Assembly (NCBI GenBank): GCA_024403235.1
Contig: JAKSSF010000008.1
Coordinates: forward strand, 200-64,199
Source of the DNA: Lachnospiraceae bacterium
GTDB lineage: Bacteria; Bacillota; Clostridia; Lachnospirales; Lachnospiraceae
Direction: 5' to 3'
Length of the DNA: 64,000 bases
Part shown: piece after piece, positions 53,202-62,715 of the stretch
Numbering within the stretch: the first letter of the stretch is position 1
How the letters are laid out: each line of letters starts with the position of its first letter
The notes under the pieces: model-generated
Told to the model about the DNA's origin: nothing
The model's input: the letters and a program-made list of their open reading frames with translations, nothing else
Database searches by the model: none
Translations under genes and position numbers: made by a program

Positions 53202-54161
53202 ATGAAAAGTACCGTCATTATTCCCAATTATAACGGGATGCAATATTTACAAAACTGCATACAGTCTTTACTAGCAGCCAACGGTGATTTTTCAATCCTA
53301 ATTGTGGACAATGGCTCTACAGATGGCAGTCAGGATTTTATCCGTGATAATTACCCAAACATAGAATTGATTTGTTTCACAGAAAACACAGGGTTTTGCC
53401 ATGCTGTGAATGTGGGTGTAGAAAAGGCACGGACAGAGTATGTGATTTTATTAAATAATGATACCCAGATAGATGCCAACTTTGTGACAGCTCTGGAAAC
53501 TGCTTTGGAAAAGCATGCAAAGCGGTTTTCTGTTTCTGCCAAAATGATAAATATGTATCAGCAAGATATTCTTGATGGAGCAGGAGATTATTATTGTGCC
53601 TTAGGTTGGGCATTTGCCTATGGGAAGGATATGCTGGTGGCAAGTCATTGTACAAGGGAGCGAAAAATCTTTTCTGCCTGTGGCGGTGCAGCTATTTATC
53701 GTAAAGCAATATGGAATCAATTAGGAGGTTTGGATGAAAATCACTTTGCTTATTTAGAGGATTGTGATTTGGGATATCGGGCACAAATCTATGGATACCA
53801 AAATTATTTTACGCCGGATGCTATTGTATATCATGCAGGTTCCGGTGCCAGTGGTTCCAGATATAACACCTTTAAAATTCGTCTGTCATCCAGAAATAAT
53901 ATCTTTTTACTATACAAGAATATGCCTTTGTTACAGATGATACTCAATAGTCCCTTTTTGTTTGCAGGATTTTTTGTAAAATATCTGTTCTTTTTGAAAA
54001 AGGGCTTTGGCAGTTTGTATCTGAAAGGACTATGGGAAGGAATCCAAAAAAGACCAAGAGAGAAAAAAGTAGTATTTCAATGGAAACATTTGGGCAATTA
54101 TTGTAGAATACAATTTTTTCTTTGGGTGAATATAATAAAGAGATTTACTACCGGAAGATAA
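53202..54161 (+). CDS. GT2-family glycosyltransferase (rhamnosyltransferase-like)
   Basis: VIIPNYNGMQYLQNCIQSL...LIVDNGSTDGS...LLNNDTQ, with a hydrophobic or amphipathic C-terminus. Confidence 0.78.
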   Translation: MKSTVIIPNYNGMQYLQNCIQSLLAANGDFSILIVDNGSTDGSQDFIRDNYPNIELICFTENTGFCHAVNVGVEKARTEYVILLNNDTQIDANFVTALETALEKHAKRFSVSAKMINMYQQDILDGAGDYYCALGWAFAYGKDMLVASHCTRERKIFSACGGAAIYRKAIWNQLGGLDENHFAYLEDCDLGYRAQIYGYQNYFTPDAIVYHAGSGASGSRYNTFKIRLSSRNNIFLLYKNMPLLQMILNSPFLFAGFFVKYLFFLKKGFGSLYLKGLWEGIQKRPREKKVVFQWKHLGNYCRIQFFLWVNIIKRFTTGR

Positions 54162-54190
54162 GTTCTATTTGTTAAAAAAATTGGAAAAAC

Positions 54191-54219
54191 TTGTCTTTCT
54201 TGTAATAATATTGTAAAAT
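54191..54219 (+). promoter_or_regulatory. possible promoter for the PHPT-LCP unit
   Basis: TTGTCT, 17-nt spacer, TAAAAT. The context is AT-rich, so this is weak evidence. Confidence 0.3.
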
Positions 54220-54249
54220 ATTGTCTATGTATGAACTTAGGTGGCTTTT

Positions 54250-55653
54250 ATGATTAAAGATAACCAAAAGTATTTTAATAGACTGCATTTGGTGGTAGAC
54301 GCGATTGTAATTGCCTGCTCCTATATGTTGGCCTGGTACTTGAAATTTGAAGGTCCTTTTGCCAACAAAGCAGAAGGCGCATTGACGATGGGCTTTTATT
54401 TCCAGGCAATGTATTTTATTGTGCCGGGATTTGTAATTTTGTATTACGCCTTTCGTCTCTACACACCGAAGCGAGCAACCAGATTTGAAGCAGAAATTTC
54501 CAATATATTTAAAGCAAATACCACAGGCTTGATAGCCATTATGGTTGTCATTTACTCCTTCAAAATTGAGAACTTTTCTCGAGGTCTTGTGGCTATTTTT
54601 TATGCGCTTAATATTGTATTAACTATATTGATGCGTGTATTGATTCGTTGGATTTTGCAATTTTTCAGACGCAAAGGCTATAACCTGAAACACATTCTTC
54701 TGATTGGCTATTCCAGAGCGGCAGAAGAATATATCAATCGTATCAATGGAAATCCACAGTGGGGCTATGCAGTTCGTGGCATTTTGGACGACAGGGTGCC
54801 TGCAGGAACCGTATATCGAGGTGTAAAGGTTCTAGGAACCATTGCAAATTTGGACTATATTTTACCCCTTAGTAGTTTAGATGAGATTGCAATTACTTTA
54901 TCCCTTTCTGATTACGGTCGTTTAGCAGAGATTGTAAATGCCTGTGAAAAATCCGGTGTACACACAAAATTTATTCCGGATTATAATGAGGTAATTCCAA
55001 ATCGTCCTTATACGGAGGATATTAATGGATTGCCGGTTATTAACATTCGTTATGTGCCTTTGACAAATACCTTAAGTGCTTTTGCAAAAAGGTTAATGGA
55101 TATTATAGGTTCCCTGTGTGGCCTTATTGTATTGTCGCCGGTGCTTTTGATTGTAGCGATTTTGGTAAAAGTCACAAGCAAAGGACCTATCATTTATAAG
55201 CAGGAACGAGTGGGATTACACAAAAAGAATTTCTGGATGTATAAGTTCCGTACCATGAAGGTGCAGACAGAGACGGCAGAAAAGCAGTGTTGGACAACTA
55301 AGGATGACCCACGAGTTACTAAAATCGGCAAATTCTTGCGTAAAACAAGTATTGACGAATTCCCTCAATTGTGGAATATTTTACGAGGGGATATGAGTAT
55401 TGTAGGTCCCAGACCGGAAAGACCTCAGTTTGTAGAAAAATTCCGGGAAGAAATTCCAAGGTATATGATTAAGCATCAAGTTCGTCCGGGACTAACCGGA
55501 TGGGCACAAATCAACGGCTATCGTGGAGATACTTCTATTCGACGCAGAATCGATTATGATTTGTATTATATTGAGAATTGGAGTATGGGATTTGATTTTA
55601 AAATTATGTTTTTGACAATCTTTAAAGGATTTGTGAACGAAAACGCTTACTAA
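54250..55653 (+). CDS. polyprenyl-phosphate hexose-1-phosphate transferase (PHPT; WbaP/WcaJ/EpsL-type initiating sugar transferase)
   Basis: N-terminal TM bundle plus a C-terminal bacterial sugar transferase domain (KRLMDIIGSLCGLIVLSPVLL...PRVTKIGKFLRKTSIDEFPQLWNILRGDMSIVGPRP). I chose ATG 54250 after AGGTGG; GTG 54241 is an alternative. Confidence 0.88.
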   Translation: MIKDNQKYFNRLHLVVDAIVIACSYMLAWYLKFEGPFANKAEGALTMGFYFQAMYFIVPGFVILYYAFRLYTPKRATRFEAEISNIFKANTTGLIAIMVVIYSFKIENFSRGLVAIFYALNIVLTILMRVLIRWILQFFRRKGYNLKHILLIGYSRAAEEYINRINGNPQWGYAVRGILDDRVPAGTVYRGVKVLGTIANLDYILPLSSLDEIAITLSLSDYGRLAEIVNACEKSGVHTKFIPDYNEVIPNRPYTEDINGLPVINIRYVPLTNTLSAFAKRLMDIIGSLCGLIVLSPVLLIVAILVKVTSKGPIIYKQERVGLHKKNFWMYKFRTMKVQTETAEKQCWTTKDDPRVTKIGKFLRKTSIDEFPQLWNILRGDMSIVGPRPERPQFVEKFREEIPRYMIKHQVRPGLTGWAQINGYRGDTSIRRRIDYDLYYIENWSMGFDFKIMFLTIFKGFVNENAY

Positions 55654-55746
55654 TCGTTACAGACTATATGGTGCATTTGTGACGTGACGCTGTTACTTCC
55701 CTTAAGGGAAAAATTTGATGTAACAGGGTTCGAAAGAGGAAAAATT

Positions 55747-56838
55747 ATGGCAAGCAAACAGACAAAGAAAAGCGGTAAAGGGAAAAAGAGAAAGAATAAG
55801 ACAGGAAGAATATTCTTATTTATCGCAGAAATCGTAATTCTGATTGTTCTTTTGTTGGTATTGTACGCAGTATTGAAGACTGACAAAGTAGAAAAAATCA
55901 ATATTAAAGAAGAAAATATCGTGGTAAATGAACAGGTAGCAGAAAACGAGTCCATGAAAGGCTATCGAAATATTGCACTGTTTGGTGTTGACTCTCGTGA
56001 TAAAACATTAGGAAAAGGCAATCGTTCCGATACCATAATGGTAGCAAGTATTAATCAGGATACAGGAGATGTAAAACTGATTAGTGTATATCGTGATACT
56101 TATATGAACTTAGGAAACGATAGCTATAATAAGTGTAATGCAGCCTATGCAAAGGGTGGACCAGAGCAGGCAATCAATATGTTAAATATGAATCTGGATT
56201 TGAATATTACAGATTATGTTACCATTGGATTTACCGGTTTAATTGAAGTCATTGACGCTTTAGGTGGCGTTGAGATGGAAGTGACAGAAGCAGAAATCGT
56301 ACATTTGAATAATTATCAGATCAGTATGGTAGGAACGACTACAGATGGAAAGACTTTCGTAGCAACAGAGGGCAAAGATTATACTGCTGTTACTACACCC
56401 GGAGTGCAGAAATTAAATGGTTTGCAGGCTACAGCATATTGTCGTATCCGTTATGTAGGAGATGACTATCAGCGTACAGAACGACAGAGAAATGTGCTTA
56501 CCGCGGTATTGGAAAAAGCGAAAAAAGCAGATGTATCTACCTTGAATAAGATTTTAAATGAGGCATTGGATAATGTTTCTACTTCTTTGGATGTGGACGA
56601 AATGGTAGCCGTTATGTCTGAATTGACCAAATACAATATCGTTGTGAAGGATGGTTTCCCATTTGAAGAGTATCGTTCTTCCGGCAATGTAGGAGCAAAG
56701 GGTTCCTGTGTTATTCCTGCTGATTTGACAAGCAATGTAAAGAAGTTGCACGGCATTTTATTTGATCAGCCTGATTATGAGGTTTCCAGTGAAGTGCAAT
56801 CCTATAGTCAGATTATTCATAACGATACAGGAAAATAA
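55747..56838 (+). CDS. LytR-CpsA-Psr (LCP) family glycopolymer-peptidoglycan ligase
   Basis: Basic N-tail, TM IFLFIAEIVILIVLLLVLYAVL, and LCP blocks NIALFGVDSRD...RSDTIMVASIN...SVYRDTY. Confidence 0.88.
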   Translation: MASKQTKKSGKGKKRKNKTGRIFLFIAEIVILIVLLLVLYAVLKTDKVEKINIKEENIVVNEQVAENESMKGYRNIALFGVDSRDKTLGKGNRSDTIMVASINQDTGDVKLISVYRDTYMNLGNDSYNKCNAAYAKGGPEQAINMLNMNLDLNITDYVTIGFTGLIEVIDALGGVEMEVTEAEIVHLNNYQISMVGTTTDGKTFVATEGKDYTAVTTPGVQKLNGLQATAYCRIRYVGDDYQRTERQRNVLTAVLEKAKKADVSTLNKILNEALDNVSTSLDVDEMVAVMSELTKYNIVVKDGFPFEEYRSSGNVGAKGSCVIPADLTSNVKKLHGILFDQPDYEVSSEVQSYSQIIHNDTGK

Positions 56839-56850
56839 AAAACGAGTTGA

Positions 56851-56879
56851 AACGCCACGCTTGGTTGCGTGGCGTTTTT
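56851..56879 (+). terminator. intrinsic terminator after the LCP gene
   Basis: ACGCCACGC-TTGGTT-GCGTGGCGT followed by TTTTT. Confidence 0.85.
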
Positions 56880-56936
56880 CATCATTTGAGATAAGTTCTT
56901 TTTAGTAATATGACACTATCTGGGAGTGAGGGCTAT

Positions 56937-57866
56937 ATGGAAATTGATTTGATTATTCCTACCTACAAACCGAAAAAAACATTACTCCATTTGCTGGAAA
57001 TGATAGAGAAACAAACCCATTCGGTAAATCGCATTATTTTAATGAATACAGAAGAAAAGTATATGATACCATTTGAGAAGGAGTATGATTTACGAAAACG
57101 CTTCCCCAAGGTGGAAATTTACCATGTGACAGAAACAGAATTTGATCATGGGAATACCAGGCACCAGGGCGTTTTAAAATCTCAGGCACCTTATTTTTTA
57201 TGCATGACAGATGATGCGGTTCCGGAAGATGTTTATTTGATTGAAAATCTGTTAAAACATTTGCAACAAGAGAGCATTGCGGTGGCCTATGGACGACAGT
57301 TGCCGGCAGCAGACTGCGGCATTACAGAACGGTTTATTCGACAATTTAATTATCCATCAGAAAGTAGAATTAAGAAAGAAGACGATAAAAAGGAATTGGG
57401 TATTAAAACCTATTTTTGTTCTAATGTATGTGCAGCATATAATCGTTCTATTTATGACTCCTTAGGAGGATTCATTCGGCATACTATTTTCAATGAGGAT
57501 ATGATTTATGCAGGAACTGCATTACAACATGGCTATCAGATTGCCTATGCAGCAGATGCGAAAGTGGTCCATTCCCATAACTATAATGGCCTAATGCAGT
57601 TAAAACGAAATTTTGATTTGGGTGTATCTCAAGCAGATCATCCGGAGATTTTTGCAAATGTTCCTTCTGAAAAAGAAGGTGGCAAGTTAGTAAAGAGTAC
57701 GCTTCATTATCTGCTTCGAAAAAGGCGCCTGGATAGAGTAATACCTTTTATATATCAATGTGGCTGCAAATGGATTGGATATCGTTTGGGAAAATCCTAC
57801 CGGAAGCTACCGAAAAAGATAATTAGAAAGCTTACCATGAATCGTAATTATTGGATAGAATCATAA
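56937..57866 (+). CDS. GT2-family glycosyltransferase
   Basis: DLIIPTYKPKKTLLHLLEMIEKQT...CMTDDAVP (DxD). Start set at MEIDLII. Confidence 0.75.
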   Translation: MEIDLIIPTYKPKKTLLHLLEMIEKQTHSVNRIILMNTEEKYMIPFEKEYDLRKRFPKVEIYHVTETEFDHGNTRHQGVLKSQAPYFLCMTDDAVPEDVYLIENLLKHLQQESIAVAYGRQLPAADCGITERFIRQFNYPSESRIKKEDDKKELGIKTYFCSNVCAAYNRSIYDSLGGFIRHTIFNEDMIYAGTALQHGYQIAYAADAKVVHSHNYNGLMQLKRNFDLGVSQADHPEIFANVPSEKEGGKLVKSTLHYLLRKRRLDRVIPFIYQCGCKWIGYRLGKSYRKLPKKIIRKLTMNRNYWIES

Positions 57867-57951
57867 AAAATAAATAGTTTGGTCACAATTTCATCACAAA
57901 TAATTTTTATACTATGGGAAATTAGTTCCAATAGAAGGAGGAATAAAAGTT

Positions 57952-59358
57952 ATGGTTGATTATAATACTGAATCAGAGATTGGAGGAGAACAAAACAATA
58001 TTTCCCAAGAAAACCAGACCAATAGACCTTATTATCAATATACGGAAACACCTTATGGAAGTTTACATCAAGAGGAGCAAAGCAGTTCTGCAAGGAGACA
58101 GGTTAAGGAGAAGAAGAAATCTTCCGGTCTACTGAAAAGATCAATATTAGCAATCTTTTTAGGATTGTTGTTGGGGGTTAGTGCCAGCGCTGGATTTTTA
58201 ACTATCCAATATTTGTCAGAATTATTTGATTCCAAGAAAGCACCTGTGGCACAAGAGGAAATTGCACCTGAAAGTCAAATTGTTACAGAGACAGAAAAAG
58301 AGATTCCAACACAATCTGAGATAGATAGAATCAATCCACAGACCATTACAGCGGTTGTGACGGATGTGACAGACGTGGTAGAAAAAGTTATGCCAAGTGT
58401 TGTTTCTATCACCAATACAGCAACTATTACCCAGCAAAGTTTTTGGGGACAGCGTTTTGAAAGAGAAGCCCAGTCCAGTGGTTCCGGTATCATTGTAGGA
58501 GAAAATGACACAGAATTATTGATTGCCAGCAATAATCATGTTGTGGCAGAGTCTGATAGTTTAAAGGTTCAGTTTATTAATGGAACTGTAGCAGAAGCAA
58601 AGATTAAGGGTACAGATTCCAATGTGGATTTGGCAGTGATCGCTGTAAAATTAGAAGATTTGGATGTAGAAACCAAAAATGAAATCAGTATTGCAACTTT
58701 AGGAGATTCTGATATCTTAAAGGTTGGAGAACCTGCCATTGCCATTGGAAATGCGTTGGGGTATGGACAGTCAGTAACCACCGGCGTTATTTCTGCATTA
58801 AATCGACAGATTGAAATGGATGAGGAGGGATCTACTACAGGTACCTTAATTCAAACAGATGCAGCCATTAACCCCGGTAATTCCGGTGGTGCACTTCTGA
58901 ATATGAAAGGCGAGGTTATCGGAATTAATTCTAACAAAATCGGTGGCAGCACCATTGAAGGAATGGGCTATGCTATTCCCATTTCCACAGCAAAACCAAT
59001 TGTGCAGGAATTGATGATTCGAGAGACCAAGGATAAGGTAGATGCAGCTAAGAAAGGATATTTAGGCATTTCCGGCTTAAATGTAACAGAAGATGTCGTC
59101 AGAATGTATGGTATGCCTAAGGGGGTTTATGTAACCCAGGTAAATGAAGGTGGCGCTAAGAAAGCCGGTATGCTAAAGGGAGATATTATCACAAGCTTTG
59201 ATGGCAGCAGTGTTGGTAGTATGGAAGACTTACAGGGATATTTGGAATATTATGAAGCAGGAGAAACGGTTATGGTAACCGTGCTTCGGTCTTCTTCTGG
59301 AGAGTATGCGGAGATGAATTTACTAATCACCTTAGGAGCACAGCCAGAAAGTAGATAA
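57952..59358 (+). CDS. htrA: membrane-anchored HtrA/DegP-family serine protease with PDZ domain
   Basis: TM ILAIFLGLLLGVSASAGFLTI; catalytic triad contexts NNHVV, DLAVI and GNSGGAL; C-terminal PDZ domain. Confidence 0.9.
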   Translation: MVDYNTESEIGGEQNNISQENQTNRPYYQYTETPYGSLHQEEQSSSARRQVKEKKKSSGLLKRSILAIFLGLLLGVSASAGFLTIQYLSELFDSKKAPVAQEEIAPESQIVTETEKEIPTQSEIDRINPQTITAVVTDVTDVVEKVMPSVVSITNTATITQQSFWGQRFEREAQSSGSGIIVGENDTELLIASNNHVVAESDSLKVQFINGTVAEAKIKGTDSNVDLAVIAVKLEDLDVETKNEISIATLGDSDILKVGEPAIAIGNALGYGQSVTTGVISALNRQIEMDEEGSTTGTLIQTDAAINPGNSGGALLNMKGEVIGINSNKIGGSTIEGMGYAIPISTAKPIVQELMIRETKDKVDAAKKGYLGISGLNVTEDVVRMYGMPKGVYVTQVNEGGAKKAGMLKGDIITSFDGSSVGSMEDLQGYLEYYEAGETVMVTVLRSSSGEYAEMNLLITLGAQPESR

Positions 59359-59380
59359 TTGAATTTTTGAGGGAGAGAGA

Positions 59381-60904
59381 ATGGAGAAAAACTACGAAAA
59401 CGATGATAGCCAGTATGAGGAGGTATGTTATATTTGCAGAAGGCCGGAAAGCAAGGCGGGGCGAATGTTTCATATTCCGCCTAATGTAGCTGTTTGTGCA
59501 GATTGTATGCATACAACTATGGATGCCATAAGTAAAATGGATTATCAGAGTATGTTCAAAAATCCGGAAATGCTGCAAGGGTTTTCGGATTTATGGAATG
59601 CTGGCATGCCAACAGCTGAAAAGAAAGAATCACCGCAAGAGAAAATGCCGGAAGATACGAACTCGTCTACTGTAGAAGAAAAGACGCAAGATTCGGAAGG
59701 TGAGGAACCCAAAGAAGAGGAAAAGAAACAAGGGACTCCTATTTTCCCCAATATTCGCTTTTTGAATTTAGGAGATTTGCAGGGGGAAGGTATTCCGGGC
59801 CGACAGAGAATTAAGAAGCGTAAAAAAGGTGAGGCTCCTGTTATTGATATCAAGAACATTCCGCCTCCACACAAGATTAAAGAAAAACTAGATGACTATG
59901 TGATTGGACAGGAAAAAGCAAAGAAGGTTATTTCTGTTGCGGTCTATAACCATTATAAAAGGGTTGCCACCAATACCATGGATGAGATTGAGATTGAAAA
60001 ATCCAATATGTTAATGATTGGTCCTACCGGTAGTGGAAAAACCTATTTGGTAAAAACCCTTGCAAGAATTTTAGATGTCCCTTTGGCAATCACAGATGCT
60101 ACTTCTTTAACAGAGGCAGGCTATATTGGTGATGACATTGAAAGTGTTGTTAGTAAACTGCTTGCAGCAGCAGATAATGATGTGGATCGGGCAGAGCAGG
60201 GAATTATTTTTATCGATGAAATAGATAAAATTGCTAAAAAGAAGAATCATAATTCCAGAGATGTCAGTGGAGAGTCTGTACAGCAGGGAATGCTCAAACT
60301 ATTAGAAGGGGCAGATGTAGAAGTGCCTGTAGGAGCCAGCAGTAAAAATGCTATGGTACCTTTGACTACAATAAATACAAGAAATATCTTATTTATTTGT
60401 GGTGGTGCTTTTCCGGATTTAGCAGATATAATAAAACAGCGTTTGCAGAAGCAAACTTCTATAGGATATGGTGCAACACTGAAGGACCAGTTTGATAAGG
60501 ATGCCAATATTTTAGACAAGGTTACCATAGAAGACTTGAAAAAGTTTGGAATGATTCCGGAATTTATTGGTCGACTGCCGATTATTTATACCTTGCAAGG
60601 ACTATCCCAGGATATGCTTGTAAAGATTTTAAAAGAGCCTAAAAACGCGATTTTGAAGCAGTATCAAAAGCTTTTGGAGATAGATGAGGTGAAATTGGAA
60701 TTTTCTGACGACGCCTTAGAAGCTATTGCCAAAAAAGCCATGGAAAAGGATACTGGAGCAAGAGCTTTGAGAGCAATTATTGAAGAGTTTATGCTGGATA
60801 TTATGTATGAGATTCCAAAGGATGAAAATATTGGACAGGTTACCATTACGAAAGAATATATTGAAGGTACAGGTGGCCCGGTAATAGAAATTCGTCATGA
60901 GTAA
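59381..60904 (+). CDS. clpX: ATP-dependent Clp protease ATP-binding subunit ClpX, long form
   Basis: Zinc-binding domain CYIC...CADC. Walker A GPTGSGKT; pore loop GYIG; Walker B IIFIDEIDK; ClpP-docking loop IGYG. An extra linker of about 95 aa lies between the zinc-binding domain and the AAA+ module. Confidence 0.9.
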   Translation: MEKNYENDDSQYEEVCYICRRPESKAGRMFHIPPNVAVCADCMHTTMDAISKMDYQSMFKNPEMLQGFSDLWNAGMPTAEKKESPQEKMPEDTNSSTVEEKTQDSEGEEPKEEEKKQGTPIFPNIRFLNLGDLQGEGIPGRQRIKKRKKGEAPVIDIKNIPPPHKIKEKLDDYVIGQEKAKKVISVAVYNHYKRVATNTMDEIEIEKSNMLMIGPTGSGKTYLVKTLARILDVPLAITDATSLTEAGYIGDDIESVVSKLLAAADNDVDRAEQGIIFIDEIDKIAKKKNHNSRDVSGESVQQGMLKLLEGADVEVPVGASSKNAMVPLTTINTRNILFICGGAFPDLADIIKQRLQKQTSIGYGATLKDQFDKDANILDKVTIEDLKKFGMIPEFIGRLPIIYTLQGLSQDMLVKILKEPKNAILKQYQKLLEIDEVKLEFSDDALEAIAKKAMEKDTGARALRAIIEEFMLDIMYEIPKDENIGQVTITKEYIEGTGGPVIEIRHE

Positions 60905-60951
60905 AAGCATTTTTTAAGTCATATACTCATACCATAAAAGAAAACGGTATT

Positions 60952-62715
60952 ATGACCTGTAAAGAAAAAATTTTATCGGAAGAGTATTATGACTGGATTA
61001 CGGATTTTGAATTGACACCACAGTTGTTGGCTGTAAATCAAAAGGAAGAAGATTATTGTTATAAAAGATTAGAAAATGGAGTGGGAATTGCCTATGTCAA
61101 AAAAGAGACAGGCAATTCCCTTTCTTTATGGAATTATCCCTATCAATACATTCCAAATATTTATGGGATTCAGGCAATTTCTCAGGACAGTAATTCTGTT
61201 TTTGATCCCAAAGCTTTAGAGCTATCTGGTATTATAGACATTCAAAATGGTCCCCTGCAGTTGTCTGGTAGGGATGTGGTGTTGGGTTTTTTAGATACCG
61301 GAATCGATTATCAAAATAGAGTATTTCTTCGAAGGGATGGAAGCAGTCGTATTTTGGCTATATGGGATCAGACAGACCAAAATGGAACACCGCCGGAAGG
61401 ATTTGACTATGGAAGTCAATACAGAAGGGAAGAGATTACTGGTGCTTTGCAGACGGATAATCCCTATTCCGTTGTTCCTACAAGAGACGAAGTAGGACAT
61501 GGAACTGCTCTTGCAGCAGTTGCAGCAGGTAGTTCTCAAACAGCATCCGGTTTTATAGGGGCTGCGTATGAAGCAGATATTGTGATGGTAAAATTAAAAC
61601 CTTGTAAGAGTTATTTGCGGGAGTATTACCTGCTGCCACAGGAAGCATTAGCCTATCAGGAAAATGATATTCTTGCAGCATTGACCTATCTGGACAGCTT
61701 TGCACAAAGCTTTTTTCGGCCTTTGGTTGTTTGTTTTGGATTAGGAAGTAATTGGGGGAGTCATACGGGAAAATCTGTGTTGGAAAAGTATTGTAATTAT
61801 TTTGCCAATAAACGAAGCAGAATTTTTGTAATAGGGGGTGGCAATCAGGGAAGTGGAGGTACACATTATCAAGGCACTTTTGTTCCTAACCAGGAGAGGT
61901 TAGTAGATGGTTCTTCTCTGCGTACAGAGGTAGAACTAAAGGTAGGAAAAGAACCCCAGGGAATATTACTGGAGTTTTGGGGGAAGGCACCAAATACCTT
62001 TTCTCTTTCGATAGTATCTCCCAGTGGAGAGAGGATACCCAGTTCAGGAGATACGCTACAGGATGGTCAATATGGTTTTGTACTTACATCAACCCTAGTT
62101 ACAGTAGCATCTACCCCGGTGGAAAACGTTACCGGAGAACAAAGAATAGTAATTCGTATGGAAAACCCAACAGAAGGCTTATGGACATTTCGAATCAGGC
62201 AACAGGAAAATATAGGAAAAGGATCCTTTTCCCTAAGGCTTCCATTGAATCGATTTTTAAGTGGAGAAACCTATTTTCTACAGGGTAATCCTGGAATTAC
62301 TTTGACGCTACCAAGCTTAGCAGAAGAGGTAATTACTGTGGCTGGGTATAATAGTACAAATGGTAGTGCCTACATAGAATCCGGAAGAGGATTTAGTGGT
62401 GATGGGAAAATAAAACCGGATATTTGCGCACCTGCGGTGGGAATCTTAAGCCCCATAAGAAGCTTAACTGAAGAAAACAAACTACAAGCCTATACCGGCA
62501 ATTCTATGGCAGCCGCTATTGCTGCCGGAGCTTGTGCTTTATTTATGGAATGGGCTGTGGTGCAAAAAAACATGCCCTACTTAAGCTGTAGTACCGTGAA
62601 AAACTACTTCATACGAGGTGCTAGAAGAGAGGGGATTTATTCGTATCCAAATTCTATGCATGGATATGGTTGGTTGGATTTAAAAAAAGCCATAGAAGAA
62701 TCCCGTAAAGTTTAA
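60952..62715 (+). CDS. subtilisin-like S8 serine peptidase, Csp-like (germination-specific protease candidate)
   Basis: 587 aa. Catalytic contexts FLDTGIDY (Asp), GHGTALAAVAAG (His) and GNSMAAAIAAG (Ser), plus a long N-terminal pro-region. Confidence 0.7.
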   Translation: MTCKEKILSEEYYDWITDFELTPQLLAVNQKEEDYCYKRLENGVGIAYVKKETGNSLSLWNYPYQYIPNIYGIQAISQDSNSVFDPKALELSGIIDIQNGPLQLSGRDVVLGFLDTGIDYQNRVFLRRDGSSRILAIWDQTDQNGTPPEGFDYGSQYRREEITGALQTDNPYSVVPTRDEVGHGTALAAVAAGSSQTASGFIGAAYEADIVMVKLKPCKSYLREYYLLPQEALAYQENDILAALTYLDSFAQSFFRPLVVCFGLGSNWGSHTGKSVLEKYCNYFANKRSRIFVIGGGNQGSGGTHYQGTFVPNQERLVDGSSLRTEVELKVGKEPQGILLEFWGKAPNTFSLSIVSPSGERIPSSGDTLQDGQYGFVLTSTLVTVASTPVENVTGEQRIVIRMENPTEGLWTFRIRQQENIGKGSFSLRLPLNRFLSGETYFLQGNPGITLTLPSLAEEVITVAGYNSTNGSAYIESGRGFSGDGKIKPDICAPAVGILSPIRSLTEENKLQAYTGNSMAAAIAAGACALFMEWAVVQKNMPYLSCSTVKNYFIRGARREGIYSYPNSMHGYGWLDLKKAIEESRKV

